DNA of 64,000 nt from Blastocatellia bacterium (lineage in GTDB: Bacteria > Acidobacteriota > Blastocatellia > UBA7656), in contig CAVXWP010000004.1 of assembly GCA_963765495.1 (NCBI GenBank), positions 32,001 to 96,000 of the forward strand, written 5' to 3'. Shown piece after piece: positions 27,749 through 38,211 of the stretch (its first letter is position 1; the number at the start of each line of letters is the position of its first letter). The notes under the pieces are model-generated. The model was given only the letters and a program-made list of their open reading frames with translations, made no database searches and had not been told where the DNA came from. The position numbers and the translations under genes are program-made.

Positions 27749-29245
27749 ATGCACTCATCTTCTGAAATCGAACAGGGTCCAGGCCTCCCGCAGCCGGTGA
27801 TCGAAAGACTAAGGGCCGCACTTGGCAAGAAGTTTGTCCTGACCGAGCCGGATGAATTATTTGTCTATGAATCGGACGCGCTGACCGTGCACAAGCTGCC
27901 CCCCTCGGCGGTGATCATTCCCGGCACTGCCGAAGAAGTGGCGGCGGCAGTAAAGATACTGGCCGCCGAGGGGATTCCATTCGCGCCTCGCGGAGCGGGA
28001 ACGGGTCTTTCCGGCGGCGCGCTCTCGATGAATGGAGCAGTCATAATAGAGATGGCCCGCCTTAATCGCATACTCAAAATAGATTATGAGAACCGCCTCG
28101 CCGTGGTCGAACCCGGCGTGATAAACATCCACCTTTCAAAGGCGACTTCGCCGGATGGATTTCATTACGCGCCCGATCCTTCCAGCCAGATGGCATGTAC
28201 AATCGGCGGGAACGTTGCTGAAAATTCGGGCGGCCCACATTGCCTCAAATACGGCATGACGGTCAATCACGTGCTGGCGGTCGAGGTCGTCCTCCCGGAT
28301 GGTAATATGATCACGCTCGGAGGGGGCGGGGTAGATGTCCCGGGTTATGATTTGCTCGGTCTTTATGTAGGTTCGGAAGGCACTTTCGGTATTACCACTA
28401 AAGCCACTCTTAAGCTCACGCGTCTGCCTCAAAGTGTCAAGACACTGCTGGCTGAGTTTATGACAGTGACCGATGCCAGTCGCAGCGTGAGCGAGATAAT
28501 CGCGGCGGGGATACTGCCGGCGGCGCTTGAGATGATTGACGGCGCTACGATCAGAGCCATCGAGGATTCGATCTTTGCGGGGGGATTTCCTACCGATGTA
28601 GCGGCGCTATTGATTATAGAGGTTGACGGGCTGGCTGTAGGGCTTGAAGATACTGCCGGGAGCGCGGCAAACATCTGTCTGACAAACAACGCCCGCGCGG
28701 TGCGAGTCGCACAGGACGAAGCCGAGCGTACAAGGCTCTGGGCAGCGCGCAAACGGGCCTTTGGCGCGATGGGACGGATAAAAGCCGATCTGATGGTTCA
28801 GGATGCCGTGATTCCCCGCTCGCGATTGCCCGAAGTGCTCGATGAAATATACAGGATTGCTGCGCGCTACGATTTGACGGTTGCAAATGTCTTTCACGCC
28901 GGAGACGGCAATCTGCACCCGAATATCAGCTTTGACGGGCGCGACCCGGATCAGGTGCGCAGGGTAGAAGCCGCCTCAAAAGAGATCATGCAGCTTTGCG
29001 TCGGCGTCGGCGGCTCGATTACGGGCGAGCACGGCGTGGGAATGGACAAGATCGAATCCATGAAATTGATCTTTTCAAATGAAGACCTCGATAGAATGCT
29101 TTCGGTTCGGTATGTTTTCAATCCTCTGGGCCTTGCAAACCCCGGCAAGGTTATTCCAACCGTGAAGACCTGTCGCTATTGCGGCTTTGGTCTTGAAGAC
29201 TTCCGTCATCGCCGTCTCACACAAAACGGTTACAGCGACCACTAA
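27749..29245 (+). CDS. glcD: FAD-linked oxidase, glycolate oxidase subunit GlcD-like
   Basis: PRGAGTGLSGG, YAPDPSS, TIGGNVAENSGGPHCLKYG, GSEGT, FHAGDGNLHP, ITGEHGVG, NPGK. Confidence 0.85.
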   Translation: MHSSSEIEQGPGLPQPVIERLRAALGKKFVLTEPDELFVYESDALTVHKLPPSAVIIPGTAEEVAAAVKILAAEGIPFAPRGAGTGLSGGALSMNGAVIIEMARLNRILKIDYENRLAVVEPGVINIHLSKATSPDGFHYAPDPSSQMACTIGGNVAENSGGPHCLKYGMTVNHVLAVEVVLPDGNMITLGGGGVDVPGYDLLGLYVGSEGTFGITTKATLKLTRLPQSVKTLLAEFMTVTDASRSVSEIIAAGILPAALEMIDGATIRAIEDSIFAGGFPTDVAALLIIEVDGLAVGLEDTAGSAANICLTNNARAVRVAQDEAERTRLWAARKRAFGAMGRIKADLMVQDAVIPRSRLPEVLDEIYRIAARYDLTVANVFHAGDGNLHPNISFDGRDPDQVRRVEAASKEIMQLCVGVGGSITGEHGVGMDKIESMKLIFSNEDLDRMLSVRYVFNPLGLANPGKVIPTVKTCRYCGFGLEDFRHRRLTQNGYSDH

Positions 29246-29305
29246 AGCCACTCAGACTACCCGCATTTGCTTGAAAATTCAAAGATTTGCGGGGAGTAAC
29301 TACCC

Positions 29306-29334
29306 TTGACCCAACCGATTTCGGGTGTTAAAAT
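29306..29334 (+). promoter_or_regulatory. sigma70 promoter of ssrA
   Basis: TTGACC-17 bp-TAAAAT with extended -10 TG, 11 nt upstream of the mature tmRNA 5' end. Confidence 0.75.
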
Positions 29335-29345
29335 TTCTAATGTTT

Positions 29346-29700
29346 GGGGGTGCCAGGTTTCGACGGGGGTACTCCGAGGCGTTAGATGCATACCGCGGCC
29401 CATGCACCGCGTTATCAAGTGTGGAAAACACAATCGCGAACAGCGAACTTGCATTGGCAGCTTAGTTCTGCCACGTCTCCTCCGCCATCGCCTGTGTGTA
29501 GGATGTGAGGCGTAACTTTAGCAGGCTGCCCCTTTCGGGCCGTGCTCAGGGCGCGACGGGGAAAGATAATCTGAACTAGCCCGATGCGATGCTTAGTTGC
29601 TTCCACTGTCGCAAAGGGCGAATCAAAACAGGAAGCGACTATGTATGTAGAGTTTAACGTTTAGGGCTTCCGGACGAGAGTTCGATTCTCTCCACCTCCA
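29346..29700 (+). ncRNA. ssrA: tmRNA, tag peptide ANSELALAA
   Basis: 5' GGGGGTG...GGTTTCGAC; 3' GACGAGAGTTCGATTCTCTCCACCTCCA with a G3.U acceptor pair; tag ORF GCG AAC AGC GAA CTT GCA TTG GCA GCT TAG (29436-29465). 3' CCA is not encoded. Confidence 0.96.
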
Positions 29701-29801
29701 TTGATTATTGTGACGACTTGATTGCTAAATTTTGGGCGGTAGATTTGCTCCGTTGAGGAGCGCGCCTACCGCCTTATAGTCTTTTAGGAGAGAACTTTAA
29801 A

Positions 29802-30203
29802 ATGATTGACCCTGGCAACGCCGAGGCGGCGGCTATAAGATTGGCGGAAATCTCGCGCGAAATCGACGACATGGAAAAGGGGCGAGCCGCGTTGCTTGAG
29901 CGGTTGAACAGAACGCGTAACACGATCCTTTCGGCCGGGCAGCGAACCGCTGCCATGCGCGCTTCGGTTGATCTGATGTGCGACCACATGACCAATGTAG
30001 CCATGGCCTTTGCCGAATTGCGCGCCCTCGAAGAAGAGATGCGCGAAGTGGGGCGGGGACTTGCAGACAACGACCGCGAAACCACGGGGTTGTTGTTTGA
30101 GGCCGACAGCTTCTCAGATACGCTCGAAGAAACCGAAGACGATCTTGACCGCCTTTCTGCCATCATCATCGAAGGCAAAGTGAGAAACCAGCGCGGGCAT
30201 TGA
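29802..30203 (+). CDS. Hypothetical coiled-coil protein
   Basis: AGGAG RBS; 133-aa heptad-rich helical ORF. Confidence 0.7.
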   Translation: MIDPGNAEAAAIRLAEISREIDDMEKGRAALLERLNRTRNTILSAGQRTAAMRASVDLMCDHMTNVAMAFAELRALEEEMREVGRGLADNDRETTGLLFEADSFSDTLEETEDDLDRLSAIIIEGKVRNQRGH

Positions 30204-30305
30204 TTTGATCGCGGATTCGAGATCGTGGATTGTGAACCGCAAATCAATTGAACATCTTCCTGACTTTCCGCAATCCCTGCTCCGCGACCCACATACACAA
30301 ATTTG

Positions 30306-31130
30306 ATGACTGAAGACTCAAATAACGGGGAAGCGCCAATAGGAATATTCGATTCCGGCGTAGGCGGGCTCACGGTCTTTCGCGCCCTGGAGCGGCGCTT
30401 TCCAAACGAGAGCCTTATCTATCTCGGCGACACGGCCCGCATACCCTACGGCACAAAGTCGCTTGCGACCGTCGAGCGATACGCGCTCGAAGATGCGGCC
30501 TTTATCGAATCGAAGCGCGTCAAAATGATCGTCATCGCCTGCAATACGGCGTCGGCTCTCGCCACCGAAAGCCTCGCTCGGCAGTCAAGAGTCCCGGTCC
30601 TGAATGTCATCGAACCCGGAGCGCGCCGCGCCGTAGAGCAAAGCCGCAACGGATACATAGGCGTGATAGCCACCGAGGCTACCATCACAAGCGGGGCTTA
30701 TGAGAAGGCGATGCTGGCAAAACGGAGCGGGATTGAGATAATATCTCGGGCTTGCCCGTTGTTTGTGCCGCTTGCAGAAGAGGGCTGGCTGACGCATCCG
30801 GTAACAAGACAGGTCGCCGAAGAGTATCTGGCAGAACTTCGCCGCAGCAACGTAGATACGCTCGTGCTCGGATGCACACACTATCCGATACTGAGGCCGG
30901 TAATCGAACAGGTTTTGGGGGATGAGATCAGCTATATAGATTCAGGAGAAGCCGTGGCCGAAGAGGTGGGGCGTCTGCTTGAAGAGAATGATCTGGCGCG
31001 CAAGAGTGATGAACCGCGCACCGAACAATTTTTCGTTACAGACTCTGCCATCCGGTTTCGTCGGGTTGCAGAGCTATTCCTCGGCCGCTCGCTGGAGTCG
31101 GTCGAATCTATAGAATTGGGGACTGCATGA
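30306..31130 (+). CDS. murI: Glutamate racemase
   Basis: [35 protein letters not shown]. Confidence 0.97.
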   Translation: MTEDSNNGEAPIGIFDSGVGGLTVFRALERRFPNESLIYLGDTARIPYGTKSLATVERYALEDAAFIESKRVKMIVIACNTASALATESLARQSRVPVLNVIEPGARRAVEQSRNGYIGVIATEATITSGAYEKAMLAKRSGIEIISRACPLFVPLAEEGWLTHPVTRQVAEEYLAELRRSNVDTLVLGCTHYPILRPVIEQVLGDEISYIDSGEAVAEEVGRLLEENDLARKSDEPRTEQFFVTDSAIRFRRVAELFLGRSLESVESIELGTA

Positions 31131-31861
31131 GCTTTAAGAGAGCAGGCGGCCGCGCCTATGATGAGTTGAGACCCGTTAAGCTTACGCCAAATTTCACACG
31201 CTACGCCGAAGGCTCCGTATTGATTGAAGTCGGAGAGACCCGCGTGATTTGCACAGCGTCAATCGATGAGCGAGTGCCGATATTCCTGCGCGGGCAGGGC
31301 AAAGGATGGGTGACTGCCGAATACTCCATGCTGCCTCGCGCAACCGAAACTCGCACACAACGCGAAACGGGGCGCAATCTTTCGGGCCGCACTCAAGAGA
31401 TACAGCGATTGATCGGCCGGTCGCTCAGGGCCGTGGTTCAGGCAAACCGGCTTGGCGAGCGAACGATATATCTCGACTGCGATGTCATACAGGCCGACGG
31501 CGGAACGCGCACCGCTTCGATCACGGGCGCTTTCGTAGCCCTGGTGCTGGCTCTTCGCAAACTTTACAATGATGGAAAGATCGCCGCTCCGCTTCCGGTG
31601 CTTGATTACGTGGCCGCCGTGTCTGTAGGCGTAATCAACAGTCAGGTTTTGCTCGACCTTGCCTATGTGGAAGACTCTCGCGCCGAAGTCGATATGAATA
31701 TAGTTCGCACAGGCTCGGGGCAGTTTATAGAGATACAGGGAACAGCCGAATCGAAACCGTTTACAAGAGAGCAGATGGACCAGATGACCGAACTGGCGAG
31801 CCTTGGGATTACTCAGCTTGTCGAGCAACAACGCTCCATACTCGGTGACTTGCGTTCCTGA
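31127..31861 (+). CDS. rph: Ribonuclease PH
   Basis: [55 protein letters not shown]. Confidence 0.97.
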   Translation: MSFKRAGGRAYDELRPVKLTPNFTRYAEGSVLIEVGETRVICTASIDERVPIFLRGQGKGWVTAEYSMLPRATETRTQRETGRNLSGRTQEIQRLIGRSLRAVVQANRLGERTIYLDCDVIQADGGTRTASITGAFVALVLALRKLYNDGKIAAPLPVLDYVAAVSVGVINSQVLLDLAYVEDSRAEVDMNIVRTGSGQFIEIQGTAESKPFTREQMDQMTELASLGITQLVEQQRSILGDLRS

Positions 31862-31956
31862 GAATAAAAGGGGCTCTGAGATGAAAATTCCTTTTTTTTA
31901 AGTAATATTAAGAAGTTATTAGTCGATAAGGCATCGACTGGTTATAATGAAGGGTC

Positions 31957-33798
31957 GTGGAAGAAGATAAGGAAAACAAGAACCGTCCCGTCTGGTATCG
32001 CCTGCAAATTCGCGCTCGCCAGGCTTTCAACAGGATCCCTCTCCGAGAGCAACAGAAGATATACATACTGACTCTGCTGATTGGCGTCATCTGTGGGCTT
32101 GCTGCCGTACTGTTTCACCTGCTGCTCGATTTCTTTCAAACAAACATAATATATGCAGCGGCGGCTGTGCAGGGCTGGTGGCGTATTCCGCTTGTGTTAT
32201 TCATCCCGGCCATCGGCGGACTGATCGCGGGCGCAGGGCTATACTTCTACGCGCCCGAAGCGAGAGGAAGCGGCATCCCGCAGGTCAAGACGGCGTTCTA
32301 TCTCGACAGCGGGCGCATTCCCGCCCGCGTGATTCCGGGCAAGATGATTCTGGCCGCATTCAATATCGGGACCGGCGCAAGCCTCGGACGCGAAGGCCCT
32401 ACGGTGCAAATATGCGCCGCCTTAGCCTCGATTCTGGGTCGAATGTTTGCAATCTCTCGCCGCAAGTTGCAAAGCCTCGTCCCTGTGGGAGCAGCAGCAG
32501 GACTGGCCGCGGCCTTCAACACACCGATTGCATCGGTGACTTTTACGATTGAAGAGATACTGGGCGATAATTCAAGCAAGCCGCTCGGCTCCATCGTGAT
32601 TGCCGCCGTTATCGCCTCCGTAATCGAGCGGGCCATACTCGGCGAGCACGCGTTGTTCACCGTTCCGTCTTATCGCCTGAACAGCGCCATAGAACTGGTG
32701 TTTTACGGCGCGCTCGGTGTGGTAGCCGGGTTTGCCGCCGTGGCGTTTAACGAAGGTCTGCTGAGGTTGAGGCTCTATTTCCGCACACAGAAAACTATCC
32801 CTCAATGGGCGACACCCGGAGTAGGCGGTTTCATACTTGGAATCATAGGGCTGATCGCGCTGTGGCTGACAGGTTCGGCAAGCATTTTCGGTGTCGGCTA
32901 CAGCCAGCTATCGGTCGAATTGCAAACCAACCTGCCAATGAAAATCCTTCTTATCCTCGGCATTTTCAAACTGGGCGCGACGGTGATCTCTTATAGCTCC
33001 GGCTCGTCAGGCGGCATCTTCGGCCCGTCGCTTTACATAGGCGGGATGCTCGGCGGCGCGGTGGGATTGGTCACTCAACACATTCTGGGAAATCCCCTGA
33101 CCTCGCCCGGAGCCTTTGCCCTCGTCGGCATGGGTGCCGTCTTTGCCGGTGTCGTTCGCGCGCCGGTAACTTCGATAGTCATCATTTTCGAGATGACAAA
33201 TAACTATTCGATTATCCTGCCCTTGATGGTAGCCAATATAACAAGCTATGTGCTGGCTACAAAACTCAGCCCCACGCCTATCTACGACGCGCTGCTGCTT
33301 CAAGACGGTATCCACCTGCCTCACACACAGAGACACGTGTTAAAGCAACGGAGGGTTGGCGCGGCGATGACCAAGCATGTTATTTCAGTACCGGGCCATC
33401 TGAGTGTCGAGGGGGCCTTCAAACATGTGCAGTCGCTGCCCAAACACCATCACTCCTACCCCGTAGTAGATCAAGCGGGGCGGCTGGTAGGTCTTTTCAC
33501 ATTCAACGACCTGAAACGGGCAATCGCAGAAGGGCAAGGCAGCCATCAGCTTTCGCAAATAGTGAGCAAGAAGCTCGTGCACGCCCACCCCGATCACACG
33601 CTCGATGTCGTTATGCTGAAACTCGGTCAGAAGGGCATCTCTCAACTTCCGGTAGTCTCTCGCAAAGACACGACGCAGCTTCTCGGAATCATCACGATGC
33701 ACGACGTCGCAGTGGCGCTATCGGAGGGAGAAGAGATACCCGACCTGACGATGGATGGTCTTGAGAGACATTTGAAGGAAAGCGAAATCAAGGCGTGA
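31957..33798 (+). CDS. ClC chloride/proton antiporter with CBS pair
   Basis: GSGIP, GREGP (gating Glu), GIFGP signatures; C-terminal CBS pair. Confidence 0.95.
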   Translation: MEEDKENKNRPVWYRLQIRARQAFNRIPLREQQKIYILTLLIGVICGLAAVLFHLLLDFFQTNIIYAAAAVQGWWRIPLVLFIPAIGGLIAGAGLYFYAPEARGSGIPQVKTAFYLDSGRIPARVIPGKMILAAFNIGTGASLGREGPTVQICAALASILGRMFAISRRKLQSLVPVGAAAGLAAAFNTPIASVTFTIEEILGDNSSKPLGSIVIAAVIASVIERAILGEHALFTVPSYRLNSAIELVFYGALGVVAGFAAVAFNEGLLRLRLYFRTQKTIPQWATPGVGGFILGIIGLIALWLTGSASIFGVGYSQLSVELQTNLPMKILLILGIFKLGATVISYSSGSSGGIFGPSLYIGGMLGGAVGLVTQHILGNPLTSPGAFALVGMGAVFAGVVRAPVTSIVIIFEMTNNYSIILPLMVANITSYVLATKLSPTPIYDALLLQDGIHLPHTQRHVLKQRRVGAAMTKHVISVPGHLSVEGAFKHVQSLPKHHHSYPVVDQAGRLVGLFTFNDLKRAIAEGQGSHQLSQIVSKKLVHAHPDHTLDVVMLKLGQKGISQLPVVSRKDTTQLLGIITMHDVAVALSEGEEIPDLTMDGLERHLKESEIKA

Positions 33799-33878
33799 TT
33801 TGTGATTTGTGAATCTCATGGGGCCTTGCCTCTGGACGACAACCTGTCAGCCTTCTTTATCACGCATCACGCCTCACC
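33795..33878. repeat. Palindromic 7-bp-period repeat element
   Basis: GTGATTTGTGATTTGTGA ... ATCACGCATCACGCCTCAC; the first unit supplies the ClC TGA stop. Confidence 0.65.
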
Positions 33879-33884
33879 TATTTT

Positions 33885-34997
33885 ATGTCATCATCACTTT
33901 CGAGAATTCCGCCGGGCGTACAGTACATCTTTGATGAAGAGGTGCAGGTTCGTCGGTGGATCGAGCGACAGATAATGGCCGTCTTCGACGGCTGGTCTTA
34001 TTCCGAAATAATCCTGCCGATCTTTGATTACGCCGATCTGTTTGCGCTCGGGATGGGAAAAGATCAGGCGGAATTGACCTATCGCTTCACGGGGCGTGAC
34101 GGAAAGCTTCTGGCGCTCAGACCAGAAATGACTTCGCTTGTTGCGCGCACCGTCGCCACTCGTTTCCGCAACAAAGCCCGCCCGATTCGCCTCTCTTATT
34201 CGGGCGAGGTCTTTCGCTGGGACGAGCCTCACGGGGGCCGACAGTACGAGTTTCATCAAATAGGTCTTGAGCACATCGGCTCGGACCGGCTCGAAGCAGA
34301 CACCGAAGCCCTGGTTGTGGCCATCGAGGCGCTCAGAAAACTTGGGCTTGAAAACTTTACAATCACACTCAGCCACGTCGATTTTTTCAACGGCATCGCA
34401 GAGGTTCTCGAACTTGACGAGGACGAAAGGCGGCGAATGCGCGAACTGGTTGACCGTAGAGAGATCGAACAACTATCGAGCTTTCTCGAAAAATATATCG
34501 ACCTGCCGGGCAGAATCGCGCTCTGCCGATTGACGGCTCTCGCCGGAAAGCGAGAGATCATCGAAGAAGGTCGGGCGCTGGTTTCAAATCCTAAATCCAT
34601 CGCGGCGCTCGACGACCTTGAGCGCGTTTATCAAATTGCCGAAGAGATAGGCATTGCGGCCTTTATAGATGTTGATCTGGGCGATGTGGGCGGTCTTGAT
34701 TATTACACGGGCTTGACCTTCAAAATTTACGCGCAGGGACTTGGCACTGCGCTGGGTCGCGGGGGGCGGTACGATCAATTGCTGTCGAATTTCGGCAGCA
34801 CCGAACCAGCCGTAGGGTTTTCGCTCTGCCTCGACTGGCTCGCGCAATTGCTCGCGCCTGAATTGAGCCGCCTCGCCTCGACAGCCGCCGATGAGGCGGA
34901 ACCCATCAATGCCACTCGTGACATTGTCAGCGCCTTCAAGCAGGCGAATCAACTGCGAACAGAAGGCCGAAAGGTAAAAGTGATGCGTGATGCGTGA
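33885..34997 (+). CDS. hisZ: ATP phosphoribosyltransferase regulatory subunit
   Basis: HisRS-like (LALRPEMT, EFHQIGLE, LDYYTG, GGRYD, PAVGF) without an anticodon domain, adjacent to short-form hisG. Confidence 0.93.
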   Translation: MSSSLSRIPPGVQYIFDEEVQVRRWIERQIMAVFDGWSYSEIILPIFDYADLFALGMGKDQAELTYRFTGRDGKLLALRPEMTSLVARTVATRFRNKARPIRLSYSGEVFRWDEPHGGRQYEFHQIGLEHIGSDRLEADTEALVVAIEALRKLGLENFTITLSHVDFFNGIAEVLELDEDERRRMRELVDRREIEQLSSFLEKYIDLPGRIALCRLTALAGKREIIEEGRALVSNPKSIAALDDLERVYQIAEEIGIAAFIDVDLGDVGGLDYYTGLTFKIYAQGLGTALGRGGRYDQLLSNFGSTEPAVGFSLCLDWLAQLLAPELSRLASTAADEAEPINATRDIVSAFKQANQLRTEGRKVKVMRDA

Positions 34998-35075
34998 TTC
35001 TCAATCTGATCAATATGAATCATCGGGTTCATATTTCACGCATCACGCATCACGGATTACGCATCACGCATCACA
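34980..35075. repeat. Palindromic 7-bp-period repeat element
   Basis: GTGATGCGTGATGCGTGAT ... TCACGCATCACGCATCACGGATTACGCATCACGCATCAC; overlaps the hisZ stop. Confidence 0.75.
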
Positions 35076-35082
35076 CCCTCTT

Positions 35083-35736
35083 ATGAGCAATCTGACTATC
35101 GCACTTGCGAAGGGCCGCCTTCTGGATGAGACGATAGCGCTTTTTCGGCGCGCGGGAATCATTTTGTCCGGCCAGGCGCTGGAATCTCGAAAACTGCGAA
35201 TTGAGGATGAGAGCGGGCAATACAGCTTGATTTTCGTGAAGCCCTCGGATGTGCCCGTTTACGTCGAATATGGAGTTGCCGACGCCGGTATTTGCGGGCG
35301 GGATGTGCTGATGGAATCCGATGCCGATGTGCACGAACCGCTTGATCTCGGATTTGGTCGATGCCGTATGGTTGTGGCCGGCACCCCTGAATCATACGCG
35401 CGCGGTTATGACCCTCTTGCTACTGCTCGCGTGGCGACAAAATATCCGCGCCTTGCGGCCGATTATTTCCAACGGCGCGGCGTCCCCGTAGAAGTTATTC
35501 TCCTTTCCGGCTCGGTCGAGCTTGCGCCTGTGCTCGGCCTTTCCGAGCACATAGTCGATCTTGTCGAAACAGGGCGAACGCTAAAAGAGAACGGGCTGGT
35601 CATCGTCGATACGATTGCCCAATCCAGCGCCCGGTTGATAATCAATCGAGCAAGTTATCATTTGAAACGCTCGGATGTAAGCAGGTTTGTAGCCCGATTG
35701 AGAGAGGCATTGAATTCGGCTGACAGCCAGTCTTGA
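35083..35736 (+). CDS. hisG: ATP phosphoribosyltransferase, short form
   Basis: TIALAKGR, DVPVYVEYG.AD.GI.G.D, VATKYP, GSVELAP, DLVETGRTLKENGL. Start set at ATG 35083 because the upstream in-frame extension is repeat-derived. Confidence 0.95.
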   Translation: MSNLTIALAKGRLLDETIALFRRAGIILSGQALESRKLRIEDESGQYSLIFVKPSDVPVYVEYGVADAGICGRDVLMESDADVHEPLDLGFGRCRMVVAGTPESYARGYDPLATARVATKYPRLAADYFQRRGVPVEVILLSGSVELAPVLGLSEHIVDLVETGRTLKENGLVIVDTIAQSSARLIINRASYHLKRSDVSRFVARLREALNSADSQS

Positions 35737-35742
35737 TCATCA

Positions 35743-38211
35743 ATGATGGAAATTGTCAATTACGATAAAGACAAACCCAATCCCACGCTTGAGAGGATAA
35801 AATCTCGCTCGCTTCAGATGAACTCTGATCTGATCGCGAGCATAAGCGAGGTGGTCGAGGGCGTCAGGTCGGGAGGCGATGAAGCGCTCATCCACTATAC
35901 AAAGAGATTCGATAAAGTCGATCTCAGCCCACACGACCTGCTTGTAGACTCCGATTTTCTACAAGACATGGCCGGACGCGCCGAGCCTCACGCGGTCGCA
36001 GCTTTTCGCAAAGCTATCAGCAATGTCAGGGCATTCCACGAGCGGCAGAGAGAAACCGGATGGCAGATGCCGGGCGAGTGCGGTTCTGTGATCGGACAGC
36101 GCATCCTGCCCGTCTCCTCTGCCGGGCTGTATGTCCCGGGCGGGCGCGCGGCTTATCCTTCATCGGTAGTCATGAACACCGTCCCGGCGCAGGTGGCAGG
36201 CGTTCGCCGTATCGTTATCACCACTCCTCCCGGTACGCTTGAGCGCAACCCTATGGTTGCGGCCGTGATTGCCGAGCTTGGCATAACCGAGGTCTATCGC
36301 ATCGGCGGCGCGCAGGCAATCGCCGCGCTCGCGTTCGGGACCGAAACGATTCCTCGCGTTGATAAGATTGTAGGTCCCGGCAATGCCTATGTCGCCATTG
36401 CGAAAAAACTCGTCTACGGCTCGGTCGGTATCGATTCGATTGCGGGACCTACAGAGGTGATAGTGCTTGCCGACGAGACCGCCCGCCCGGAATTTATCGC
36501 AGCCGACATGCTTGCCCAGGCCGAACACGACGAAGAAGCATCGGCAATCTGTATCAGCACAAGCGCCGCTATGGCACGCAATGTCGCTCGCGAGGTTGAG
36601 CGACAGATCGAGTCGCTCGAACGAAAAGAGATCGCCCACGCTTCGATTGACTCTTACGGCGCAGTCTTCGTAGTCGAATCGCTCGAAGCCGGTTGCGATC
36701 TGGTAAATCAGATCGCGCCCGAACATCTTGAATTGATGACCGCCGACAACGACCGCGCCGCCGGGCTTATAGAAAATGCGGGGGCGATATTTTTCGGTGA
36801 ATGGTCGTCGGAGCCTGTCGGCGATTACCTGGCCGGACCAAATCACGTACTACCGACCGTCGGCACGGCGCGCTTCTCTTCCCCGCTTGGAGTCTACGAT
36901 TTTCTTAAGCGCCAATCCGTAATTCGCTACACCCGCGAGGCCATACGAAAAAATGCCGACTCAATCGCGGCGATGGCCGACGCTGAAGGACTGACCGCGC
37001 ACAGACGAGCGGTGCTTGTCAGAGGCCGGGAGCCGGGGGCCGGGGGCCGGGTTGATGAGGGAGATGAATTTCAACAACGTGAGAATATGTCGGGATCAGA
37101 TTTACCGATCCCCGGTCTCCGGCCCCCGGTCCCCCTTGAAAAGATCAAACCGGCGGTGCGAGCAATCACGGCGTACACGCTTGCGCCTTACCGCGCTACG
37201 GTGAAGTTGAATCAGAATGAGAGTCCGTTTGAGATGCCGGAGGAGATCAAGAAGGAGGTTGAGCGAAGGCTCGCCGAGCGCAAATGGTCCCGCTACCCGG
37301 ATTTCGTTCCTACCGGTTTGCTAAACCTGATGGCGGATTTCGCGGGTTGGAAACCCGAAGGCACTCTGGCAGGAAACGGGTCGAATGAGCTTATACAGGC
37401 CACATTGATGGTCACGGTTGAGCGCGGCACCCGTGTTGTAATCGCTGAACCTACCTTCACGCTCTATCGCCAGATAGTCCATGTGCTTGGGGGACAGGTC
37501 GAAAGCGTTTCTCTCACAAGTGATTTCCAATTCGATGTTGATGCTATTATTGAGCGCGCCGCTTCTTCAATGGCTGACGTGATTATTCTTTGCTCGCCGA
37601 ACAACCCTACGGGTTGCCGCGTGTCGAATGAAGATATCTTGCGGATAGCGCAAAGCTTTAAGGGACTCGTCGTGGTGGATGAAGCGTATCACGAATTTTC
37701 GGGTCATAGCGCTGTGCCGATGCTTGAGCAGTTACCCAACCTGATCGTGCTCAGGACATTTTCAAAAGCGATGGCGATGGCAGGTCTTCGCGTGGGGTAT
37801 CTGCTGGCGTCTGAGGAGTTGGCCCGCGAGATTCACAAGGCTACGCTCCCTTACAATTTGAATTTCTTTTCGGCAACGGCCGCAGAGGTCGCGTGCGAAA
37901 ATTATCATTTGCTCAGACCGCAAATAGATAAAATCATCAGCGAGCGCGGGCGCGTCTTTCAGGCGCTCGCCTCACTTCGCGGCGTCAGCCCTGTGCCGTC
38001 TTTTGCAAATTTCCTACTCTTCCGAACGCCGAAGAGCCCGCGAGCCCTTTTTCAGGACCTTATAAAGCGCGATATACTTGTGCGTGATGTGAGCGGGTAC
38101 CATATGCTGTCGGAGTACACAAGAGTTTCAATCGGCTCTCGTGAAGAGAACGATCTGATGCTTTCGGCGCTCAAGGATGTCTTGGCGAAACAGGATGGAA
38201 GCGATGGCTAG
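35743..38211 (+). CDS. hisD-hisC: In-frame fusion of histidinol dehydrogenase and histidinol-phosphate aminotransferase
   Basis: aa 1-~427 HisD (GLYVPGG, GPGNAYV, AGPTE, QAEHD, APEHLE, DYLAGPNHVLPT, EGLTAH); repeat-derived linker; then HisC (KLNQNESP, RYPD, GNGSNE, SPNNPTG, DEAY, RTFSKA...GLRVG). Confidence 0.9.
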   Translation: MMEIVNYDKDKPNPTLERIKSRSLQMNSDLIASISEVVEGVRSGGDEALIHYTKRFDKVDLSPHDLLVDSDFLQDMAGRAEPHAVAAFRKAISNVRAFHERQRETGWQMPGECGSVIGQRILPVSSAGLYVPGGRAAYPSSVVMNTVPAQVAGVRRIVITTPPGTLERNPMVAAVIAELGITEVYRIGGAQAIAALAFGTETIPRVDKIVGPGNAYVAIAKKLVYGSVGIDSIAGPTEVIVLADETARPEFIAADMLAQAEHDEEASAICISTSAAMARNVAREVERQIESLERKEIAHASIDSYGAVFVVESLEAGCDLVNQIAPEHLELMTADNDRAAGLIENAGAIFFGEWSSEPVGDYLAGPNHVLPTVGTARFSSPLGVYDFLKRQSVIRYTREAIRKNADSIAAMADAEGLTAHRRAVLVRGREPGAGGRVDEGDEFQQRENMSGSDLPIPGLRPPVPLEKIKPAVRAITAYTLAPYRATVKLNQNESPFEMPEEIKKEVERRLAERKWSRYPDFVPTGLLNLMADFAGWKPEGTLAGNGSNELIQATLMVTVERGTRVVIAEPTFTLYRQIVHVLGGQVESVSLTSDFQFDVDAIIERAASSMADVIILCSPNNPTGCRVSNEDILRIAQSFKGLVVVDEAYHEFSGHSAVPMLEQLPNLIVLRTFSKAMAMAGLRVGYLLASEELAREIHKATLPYNLNFFSATAAEVACENYHLLRPQIDKIISERGRVFQALASLRGVSPVPSFANFLLFRTPKSPRALFQDLIKRDILVRDVSGYHMLSEYTRVSIGSREENDLMLSALKDVLAKQDGSDG
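37022..37135. repeat. Palindromic 7-bp-period repeat element (GGGGCCG/CGGCCCC) inside the hisD-hisC ORF
   Basis: GAGGCCGGGAGCCGGGGGCCGGGGGCCGGG ... CCGATCCCCGGTCTCCGGCCCCCGGTCCCC. Confidence 0.75.

Noticed and set aside
29700-30300. Island integrated at the tmRNA 3' end
   Set aside because: No integrase and no duplicated tmRNA 3' end seen; housekeeping genes follow directly.
24539-35082. N-terminal extensions of cysM (24539), glcD (27662) and hisG (34987) in the ORF track
   Set aside because: They are translations of palindromic repeat elements (e.g. HHASRITHHAS); downstream ATGs match the family starts.
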